Positions 57,865 to 64,000 of a stretch of DNA of 64,000 bases are shown piece after piece. The DNA is taken from the IMG/VR virus record IMGVR_UViG_3300008085_000023, positions 1-64,000 of that record. One strand, written 5' to 3'. This DNA comes from a virus. The stretch's first letter is position 1. Each line of letters begins with the position of its first letter. Both the position numbers and the translations under genes were made by a program. The notes under the pieces are model-generated. The model searched no databases. It worked only from the letters and a program-made list of their open reading frames with translations, and had not been told where the DNA came from.

Positions 57865-59061
57865 TTACATGAATTCATTAAGTGTTACACACGGCATAGG
57901 CGCAATTGACGAAGTTTGCTTCTTATTATCCTGCACTAGGAATGACGTTGTTACTGTGTCTCGCTTGCCGTTTAGGTACGCTAGTATCTCGCTAGCGAGA
58001 TCAGCAGCCGTTGTCACTGGAACTGACTGGCATATCATATTTAAGTTCTTCAACCCACCTTGTAACTGAAAATCGCTAGGCATCTTCATAATTGCCAAAC
58101 ATTCACGGACTGTAAGGAAGCGTTCTTCGAAAGGATGCATCAATTGCGATGGCGTGTGTCCTACAAACGCACCTATGTGATCCTTTGGAAATTCACAGAT
58201 CTTTCGCATAATGTTTCCCCCAGACGCGAGCTTCACTTTGATTTCCCGACAACGCGCGGCTTTCTTGAGCTCACCTTGTTGTTCCATCCATTTAGCTACT
58301 TCATCATATGAGATGCCATTGTCTTCAATGAGGCTCATACCATTAATTGACTTCACCTGCTTCTCCACGATTTCTGCGTGGGTGAAGTTAGGATATATCT
58401 TCGTTCTAATGAAGCGGTAATATGGATCATCCATTGGCGCTCTATTATTAGCTGGCATATTCATAGGATCATCCTTCGATACAAACGCATTCAGAATTGT
58501 TTCATCAATCGTTTCATGCTTTCTGCGAAAGTACTTCAGGATAGGCGTCTCTGTACCTTTCCAAAAGAAATAGAATGACCTGTCCCTCACTTGACTCAAG
58601 CCATGCAGTATAGACTTAGTCTTGTAAAGCGAAAAGGTATAGCCATTATACTTCGCTATCTCACGTAGTCTATTCACGGTTGGCTCGCCCATCTTACTTG
58701 CAAGACGAGGTGCATTCTCTCCCCAAAAGACCTTTGGCTCTAGTTCAGATAGAACATACTTAGCCGTAATTGTCATCCAATCATTTGTAGTCGACTCAGC
58801 AGCAGCCGATGGTGATAATGAAGATAGCCCTGCGCATGGGCAGAGGGTTGTCACAATATCAACTGGCGCAAGCTTAAAAGACTTCGCTTCATTCTTATCA
58901 ATGAACATATACGGCACATTTGGGCGGTATGCACGGTATTGCGCATCATTCGCAGCAAAGGGAGTGTATGACAAGATATATTCAGGCGGTCTTTTGAAGA
59001 CGTGCTCCATAGCAATGGGCATTCCTCCAATTAGAGGTATAATTACGGCGTGTTTATTCAT
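57865..59061 (-). CDS. C5-cytosine methyltransferase-fold protein with atypical SAM-binding motifs
   Basis: Motif IV CPCAGLS, VI GENA, VIII QVRDR, HP.E.RFLTVRE; motif I reads IIPLIGG and motif X reads CQSV. Confidence 0.8.
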   Translation of the reverse strand: MNKHAVIIPLIGGMPIAMEHVFKRPPEYILSYTPFAANDAQYRAYRPNVPYMFIDKNEAKSFKLAPVDIVTTLCPCAGLSSLSPSAAAESTTNDWMTITAKYVLSELEPKVFWGENAPRLASKMGEPTVNRLREIAKYNGYTFSLYKTKSILHGLSQVRDRSFYFFWKGTETPILKYFRRKHETIDETILNAFVSKDDPMNMPANNRAPMDDPYYRFIRTKIYPNFTHAEIVEKQVKSINGMSLIEDNGISYDEVAKWMEQQGELKKAARCREIKVKLASGGNIMRKICEFPKDHIGAFVGHTPSQLMHPFEERFLTVRECLAIMKMPSDFQLQGGLKNLNMICQSVPVTTAADLASEILAYLNGKRDTVTTSFLVQDNKKQTSSIAPMPCVTLNEFM

Positions 59062-59623
59062 TTTTATGTTTTCTTTTTATGTGTAAGGCCACATTTCCTG
59101 CATTATTTTTATAATCACAATGCGGGCATTGGACCAATTTATGCATTGCACCTAAGCATTTTGCTCTCTTAATAGGATCTTGCATATGTTCTGTAGTACG
59201 GCGCGACCGTAACTTTTGCGAATCTTCACTCTTGTAGTAGTTTTCTTTAAAGGTTTCTCCCTGTTTTTTCTTAAGTGCTTCATCTTTCATACGTTCGCTT
59301 TGAGCCTTTGATCTATGTGCACTGAGATCTTCAATTCCTGAAATGTATGGGCCGCAACCACCGCCAGATGCAACGTTCCAACCCATCTTCTGTTTTGGTC
59401 TCAATTTCTTTTCCATTTGATAGCACTCTTCAATATCACCTTTAAAAATAATATCAACATCTTCTAACTTCAAATTATGAATTCGAATCCAATGATGCAT
59501 TGTACAATGTGGATCGCCTTGATGTGCTTTCCATCGTTTGTTAAGATGCTTCGTAACACCAATATAACCGTGATCTAAATCGCTACATTTAGGATCCCGA
59601 ATGTGATAAACATACCCTGTCAT
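59054..59623 (-). CDS. Free-standing GIY-YIG (Seg-like) homing endonuclease
   Basis: YVYHI...GYIGVT...RW..H, E..LRP...GWN...GG, C-terminal CPHC. Confidence 0.85.
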   Translation of the reverse strand: MTGYVYHIRDPKCSDLDHGYIGVTKHLNKRWKAHQGDPHCTMHHWIRIHNLKLEDVDIIFKGDIEECYQMEKKLRPKQKMGWNVASGGGCGPYISGIEDLSAHRSKAQSERMKDEALKKKQGETFKENYYKSEDSQKLRSRRTTEHMQDPIKRAKCLGAMHKLVQCPHCDYKNNAGNVALHIKRKHKNE

Positions 59624-59631
59624 AATTAACT

Positions 59632-59684
59632 CCTTGCGCTGGTTTGTGTTATTTATAACTAGCAAACTTTTCACCAGCGCAAGG
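59632..59684 (-). promoter_or_regulatory. RBS-sequestering hairpin with a late promoter in its loop
   Basis: 12-bp IR ccttgcgctggt/accagcgcaagg; TATAAATA at 59650-59657. Confidence 0.8.
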
Positions 59685-59701
59685 GCTGCTACAGAGCATG
59701 T

Positions 59702-60940
59702 TTAACTCGCAATTTTAGCCTCCGCAGTAGCGAACATTTCAGCAAAGACATTCTCTGCATCCTGATGTTCTTTGTAGAACTCATACGCCATGTGGCGCCA
59801 TTCATCTCTCATGCCATCATCGGCTTCGAGCTTCTTAATCAATTCAAATGCCTTAGACATTTCAACAATATCTTCAGCCAACCAAACTGTGCCGTTATCC
59901 TTACACTCAATAAGTGGATCACCTGACACACGGTGATGGCATTGCTTGCCATAAAGCTCGCGAAAAACTGGCACCACACCGGCACACACGATTTCCATGT
60001 GGGTGTACTCTAATGCCCGGCGCTGGAAGCGCGGCTTGAATACCGTCAGTTGATAACCAAAGCCACAACGTGACATGCGGTCGAGCATTTCAGCATGGAC
60101 GTAAGGTCCAAACACTTGGACAGGTTTTCCGTATGCATTAGACAAATCGTCAGTGGCAATATCATCATCTTTTCCAATATGCCCGTCAAACTCACCTAGC
60201 TGCCGGAAGCCAAGGTATGCCGGGGAACGTTCAATGCCCTCAAACGTTGTCAGGCAGCCATTACCCTTAAGATAGCAATCATGGAACTGGAACAGTTTAT
60301 CATAACCCTTCCAAGACGTGGTTCGGCCAATCCATTTGTGATGCTTGGCATCCTGAATTGAAATATCATCTTTCCAATATTGATCACGGATCGTATCGAA
60401 ATACAGACCAACCTGATAGTCGAAAATCTCAATTTCGTCTTCACCAAAGAAACTGCTAAGCTCGCCTACTTCTTTGTACTCTTTGACATACTGACCAAAG
60501 TCATTATCTGGGCTGAGTGAGAATATGACGCCGGCCTTGTCAATAACTTCATCCATACATTCATTCCTACGAATAGATGCACTCATGTGATCTAACTGCA
60601 CAAGCATTACAGGAACGCTAATGGCTTCAATCAAACGCTTGAAGTTTGCAATACATTCAACAGGATGTCCCTTGGATGGCAACGAATTGATGATGACATA
60701 ATCACACGTATTACACGCATGAATGACAGTGTCAACTGCAGCATTATCCTTAAACTTCACTAGCTCAATTGCGCTGTTATCATGAGCATTCTTTCGAGTC
60801 CATGCTTTATCCGCCACCGAAAAAATGGTCGTGTCATACCCATGTTCAATCAACCAACGGTTTTGCTCCAGGGTAAACTTTGTTACGCCACACCCTTCGG
60901 TGCCGCGGCCCAATATGATTGCTACTTTTTTGCTTCTCAT
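59702..60940 (-). CDS. agt: DNA alpha-glucosyltransferase (T4 Agt-like, GT-B fold)
   Basis: I.LGRG.EGCGVTKF.LEQ..W...G...DK.WTR...HD closely resembles the T4 Agt N-terminus; INS.P, IGR...WKG, GIERS, LEYTH.E. Confidence 0.9.
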   Translation of the reverse strand: MRSKKVAIILGRGTEGCGVTKFTLEQNRWLIEHGYDTTIFSVADKAWTRKNAHDNSAIELVKFKDNAAVDTVIHACNTCDYVIINSLPSKGHPVECIANFKRLIEAISVPVMLVQLDHMSASIRRNECMDEVIDKAGVIFSLSPDNDFGQYVKEYKEVGELSSFFGEDEIEIFDYQVGLYFDTIRDQYWKDDISIQDAKHHKWIGRTTSWKGYDKLFQFHDCYLKGNGCLTTFEGIERSPAYLGFRQLGEFDGHIGKDDDIATDDLSNAYGKPVQVFGPYVHAEMLDRMSRCGFGYQLTVFKPRFQRRALEYTHMEIVCAGVVPVFRELYGKQCHHRVSGDPLIECKDNGTVWLAEDIVEMSKAFELIKKLEADDGMRDEWRHMAYEFYKEHQDAENVFAEMFATAEAKIAS

Positions 60941-61417
60941 TTATTTCTCCTTATTATATCTTTTGTTTAGTGTGTTTTTTATAGCTTTAGCTATTGATAA
61001 TTCTTGCATTTGTCGAGCTAAAAATGAATCGGTAAATTGCTTTAAAAGTTTCATATCATCAATTCTCCATCCATGCATTGTTTGCCGTGATGTTGGTCGG
61101 AACAACCTAGCAGTGTATGTTTGAAAGTTGAATCGTCTGTCCTTTGGAACTTCGTATATTGATATTTGTGATGATTCATCATATGTTACAAATACCAATC
61201 GATCTACATTTAGGCATTTCTTTAATTGATTCGCTCTAATTGTGCACAATTCACCACTATGGTGATGCAATGGATATTGAGTTTTCACTTCAATAGTTTC
61301 GTTATTGGGTCCAATAAGATCCTTTTCTGCATCAAAATAATTTACAGAAAATTTAGCATTTAATAATTCTGCAACAATCTTCTCACCAATATCACCAAGT
61401 TGTTTGTTCATATTCAT
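60941..61417 (-). CDS. PD-(D/E)xK nuclease-like protein, AT-rich
   Basis: LG.IGE..V...KD......IEVKT. Confidence 0.65.
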   Translation of the reverse strand: MNMNKQLGDIGEKIVAELLNAKFSVNYFDAEKDLIGPNNETIEVKTQYPLHHHSGELCTIRANQLKKCLNVDRLVFVTYDESSQISIYEVPKDRRFNFQTYTARLFRPTSRQTMHGWRIDDMKLLKQFTDSFLARQMQELSIAKAIKNTLNKRYNKEK

Positions 61418-61426
61418 AATATTTCT

Positions 61427-61894
61427 CTACATCTCAATCGCAATATGATCAACGCCGGCTTCGTTAAAATAATCCAACGCTTTACGACAAGACTCCACCC
61501 AACGTTGGGGGAGCTGTTTAAGCTCAACTACTACTCGTTTTATTCCAACTTGAATAATGCCCTTAGCGCATTCCTCACATACAAACAACCCATGGATGTA
61601 TATCGTAGATCCTGTAAGAGACACACCCTTTGATGTGGCGTTATATATCGCGTTCATTTCACCATGAACCATTAATTCATATTTAAGTTTACGGATTTGC
61701 AAGCGGGGAATGCGATCCTGTATTCCTCTAGGGAATCCATTATAACCTAAGCTTAAGACATTCCTATCATCATCTACAATCACTGCTCCAACTTTCGTTG
61801 AAGGGTCCTTAGACCAGCCAGATATATGCTTCGCCAGATCTAAGAATCTTATATCCCACTTCGGGGAATACACAACTATTCTACTTTTATCCAT
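61427..61894 (-). CDS. cd: dCMP deaminase
   Basis: WSKDPSTKVGAVIV, GYNGFPRG, HGEMNAI, C..C. Confidence 0.93.
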   Translation of the reverse strand: MDKSRIVVYSPKWDIRFLDLAKHISGWSKDPSTKVGAVIVDDDRNVLSLGYNGFPRGIQDRIPRLQIRKLKYELMVHGEMNAIYNATSKGVSLTGSTIYIHGLFVCEECAKGIIQVGIKRVVVELKQLPQRWVESCRKALDYFNEAGVDHIAIEM

Positions 61895-61895
61895 A

Positions 61896-62504
61896 CTATG
61901 CCTTTTCCGGTCTGCAGTTATCAAAATGATATCTTGTCATATTTTGTTTCCCGCCAGATTTTCCACAATGAGGGCATTCAACAATCTGTTGTGGTGCAGA
62001 CTTACCCTTATTCCACGTAGGCTTTCCTGCGCGGTTTTCTGACATTTTCTTACGACTTTCAAGAGTATGCCCTCGGCCGAACATAGAATTCTTTTCACCA
62101 GCCATAGCTTTACTTTGAGCAGGGCGTTTTTGGCCAATGAGAGTCTTGGACATAATACTCGCTCTTTGTCTCTGTTCAGCTTTTCGTTCAGGTGTCCAAG
62201 CATCTCTAAGTTTTTGCTTGGTGTCATCATCATGAATAAAACCAATACGCCAACCTTGCGAACCGCCGACTGCTCGGTTCCACCCAATACCTTTAGTCGG
62301 TCGTAATTCAAATTCGCGTTCAAAACACTCTTCTCGAGAACCTTCATAAATGATTTTAACTTTTGCATTAGATGGTATATTTTTAGTCTTTAGCAAATGA
62401 GTTTTAAAACGGCGCGCAACATTTGCTGTAACTCCAACGTAACCATCGTTTTTAATGTTTTGACACGTTTCATCATACACCCAGTACACATAAGTAGTTT
62501 CCAT
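61896..62504 (-). CDS. Free-standing GIY-YIG homing endonuclease with NUMOD3-like repeats
   Basis: YVYWV...GYVGVT...RF..H, E..LRP...GWN...GG, GEKN.MFGR.HT.E.R.KMS, CPHCGK. Confidence 0.88.
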   Translation of the reverse strand: METTYVYWVYDETCQNIKNDGYVGVTANVARRFKTHLLKTKNIPSNAKVKIIYEGSREECFEREFELRPTKGIGWNRAVGGSQGWRIGFIHDDDTKQKLRDAWTPERKAEQRQRASIMSKTLIGQKRPAQSKAMAGEKNSMFGRGHTLESRKKMSENRAGKPTWNKGKSAPQQIVECPHCGKSGGKQNMTRYHFDNCRPEKA

Positions 62505-62507
62505 ATT

Positions 62508-62539
62508 CAGCCTTTCGTAATTATTTATACAAAAGGCTG
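62508..62539 (-). promoter_or_regulatory. RBS-sequestering hairpin with a late promoter in its loop
   Basis: cagccttt/aaaggctg IR; TATAAATA at 62522-62529. Confidence 0.75.
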
Positions 62540-62550
62540 TTTTGAAATGA

Positions 62551-63255
62551 TTATGCTTGGCTTCCCTCAGGCACTACAAGTTTGAAGTGTCGTTCATATA
62601 CATGCAGATTCATGACCTGCCAGATTAAATCGCCAGCTTCTAACTTGCGCTGAGGATCATCTCGATCACGCGCCATGTTCATATTCATTAGCACCATATT
62701 TTGCACATATCGCGCCCAAGAGTAATCATTCATATATCCGTAAACTACGTCATTGGAACGCATCTGTGATACCATATGAAGCTTACCATCTCTGATATAA
62801 AATGACTGAGCGTTAGTGCAGATGAAGTCATTCTTCCCATCTTCATTATATTCAAGCCACATGCTTGGCCGATTATAAATGATCTGAGCTCTGCGCGAAT
62901 CTGGATTCACAAGAAGCTCAGTGACAGCGTGCTTAAACTGGTTGTAATACTTCTTTGAAAAGATAAGCTTTCCATAATTAGAATTAACCTCACCGTGTTT
63001 GTTGGCCGATACCGCCCATGCTTTTGGAATCGATCCATAGATTTCACCTAGTGTATTAACATTAGCATCTTCAGATTCATACCACTTGATCTCTGCATCA
63101 ATATAAACGTTATTAGGGTTACCAAAGATTGCAGGTTCGTCTGCGATAAATGAAGCGCCAATGAGCTCAATGGTCTTAGCGCCTGTACGATCGATGGTAA
63201 AATCTTCATGCATTAGAGCTGTGCGGAAGTGTCTTCGTATCTGATCTACGTTCAT
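62551..63255 (-). CDS. gp42: dCMP hydroxymethylase (T4 gp42-like, thymidylate synthase fold)
   Basis: KTIE.IGASF.ADEP.IFG, NSNYG, DSRRA..IY.RPSM, DF.CTN, MRSNDVV.G..NDY.W with Asp at the dCMP-specificity position, LHVY.RHF. Confidence 0.92.
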   Translation of the reverse strand: MNVDQIRRHFRTALMHEDFTIDRTGAKTIELIGASFIADEPAIFGNPNNVYIDAEIKWYESEDANVNTLGEIYGSIPKAWAVSANKHGEVNSNYGKLIFSKKYYNQFKHAVTELLVNPDSRRAQIIYNRPSMWLEYNEDGKNDFICTNAQSFYIRDGKLHMVSQMRSNDVVYGYMNDYSWARYVQNMVLMNMNMARDRDDPQRKLEAGDLIWQVMNLHVYERHFKLVVPEGSQA

Positions 63256-63269
63256 AATTATATTTCCTT

Positions 63270-63716
63270 TCAATGCCGAGCGGCAATCTTGCGCTGTTTG
63301 TGCCAGTCTTTTTTACGTAATTCACCGAGCTCAAATGTACACTCAGTTAAAAGCTCCGGCTCAGACTTACCGGCAACCTCGGCGAATTCATCACCGAGTT
63401 TAGGTGACTGATCGCCTTTCCAACGATCATCCGCAGCCTTACCATACATTGTCTGAATCTTGAGAATGCAAAGCTGGGTAAGAGCATGGTCAATATGCGG
63501 GAGGCCACTCTCAGGATCATCATCTTCACCCAGAAAGAACTTCGTGAGGTGTCGCTGTATGGATCCATAGGTACGGGAATAAAGAGTCCCGTTGAGGTCC
63601 TCACGCCAATTGTTAGCACCGTACTTGGCTTTGCCCATTGCAAATACTTGAGCGATCGCCATAATACACTCAGGCGGAATCAGTTCGATCGTCGGTTTTC
63701 CTGCATCATTCTTCAT
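63270..63716 (-). CDS. DUF5664 dATP/dGTP diphosphohydrolase-like protein
   Basis: K.DAGKP...LIP, G..KYG.NNW, RHL..F..GED.DPESGL.H..HA. Confidence 0.85.
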   Translation of the reverse strand: MKNDAGKPTIELIPPECIMAIAQVFAMGKAKYGANNWREDLNGTLYSRTYGSIQRHLTKFFLGEDDDPESGLPHIDHALTQLCILKIQTMYGKAADDRWKGDQSPKLGDEFAEVAGKSEPELLTECTFELGELRKKDWHKQRKIAARH

Positions 63717-64000
63717 TACTGTTGCTCCCCTAAAATCATTGGAATGTCGCCGTGATTGCCTTTATGATTTGGATTCTTCCAGCCCAAAGGTTTAATCAAA
63801 TCTGGGAGACCAAATTTATTAGGACGCTCAGCTTTAACACCAGGCTCCTTTGCCATATTAGCATTAAGGATTGTATCCCATGCCTTATGTGCATCAACAC
63901 CCAGAACTTCAAGTGTTCCAATTGCAAAGACACACAAATCAATGAGACCATCAACCACTTCTTCACTGTCGCCTTGTACTAAAGCAGCAGAGAAAGTCTC
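63716..64000 (-). CDS. MazG-like all-alpha NTP pyrophosphohydrolase (partial; 5' end outside window)
   Basis: EEVVDGLIDL..FA.GT, V/I..ANM.K, DL.KP.GW..P. Confidence 0.8.
   Translation of the reverse strand, partial: ETFSAALVQGDSEEVVDGLIDLCVFAIGTLEVLGVDAHKAWDTILNANMAKEPGVKAERPNKFGLPDLIKPLGWKNPNHKGNHGDIPMILGEQQ

Noticed and set aside
59054-62504. Group I introns hosting the GIY-YIG genes
   Set aside because: Flanking genes are complete and there is no room for intron core sequence; the endonucleases are free-standing
62551-63255. Ordinary thymidylate synthase or dUMP hydroxymethylase
   Set aside because: The specificity residue is Asp, not Asn, and the motifs follow T4 gp42
1-64000. Stop-codon reassignment
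   Set aside because: Core genes are full length in the standard code, all three stops end genes, and there is no suppressor tRNA

Overview
This 64-kb window is part of a T4-like myophage genome read in the standard genetic code. (1) Bases 1-29924 are a late virion module under TATAAATA promoters: a fibre-like gene running off the left end, a DUF4815/VrlC-like giant protein, and homologues of gp8, gp7, gp6, gp25, gp5, gp27, gp53, gp48, gp4, gp2, gp54, gp26/gp51 and tape measure. gp5 carries a collagen/fibre extension and gp53 a multi-LamG insert. (2) Bases 30099-57438 hold replication genes (gp32, gp59, gp33, gp41, UvsX, DNA ligase, exonuclease). Between them are early-gene islands driven by 16 near-identical sigma70-type promoters, six with a palindromic TAAG-N17-CTTA site at a fixed distance. 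This region also has tRNA-Arg(CCT), tRNA-Pro(TGG) and two related tRNA-like RNAs without a canonical anticodon loop. (3) Bases 56797-64000 are a DNA-modification cluster: NTP pyrophosphohydrolase, DUF5664, dCMP hydroxymethylase, dCMP deaminase, alpha-glucosyltransferase, a C5-methyltransferase-fold protein with intact catalytic but altered SAM-binding motifs, and TMK, interleaved with endonuclease genes. The best candidates for new biology are the hmC + glucosyltransferase + SAM-motif-degenerate MTase pathway, the paired tRNA-like ncRNAs and the promoter/palindrome cassettes. All calls come from motif recognition and synteny by eye; no searches were run.
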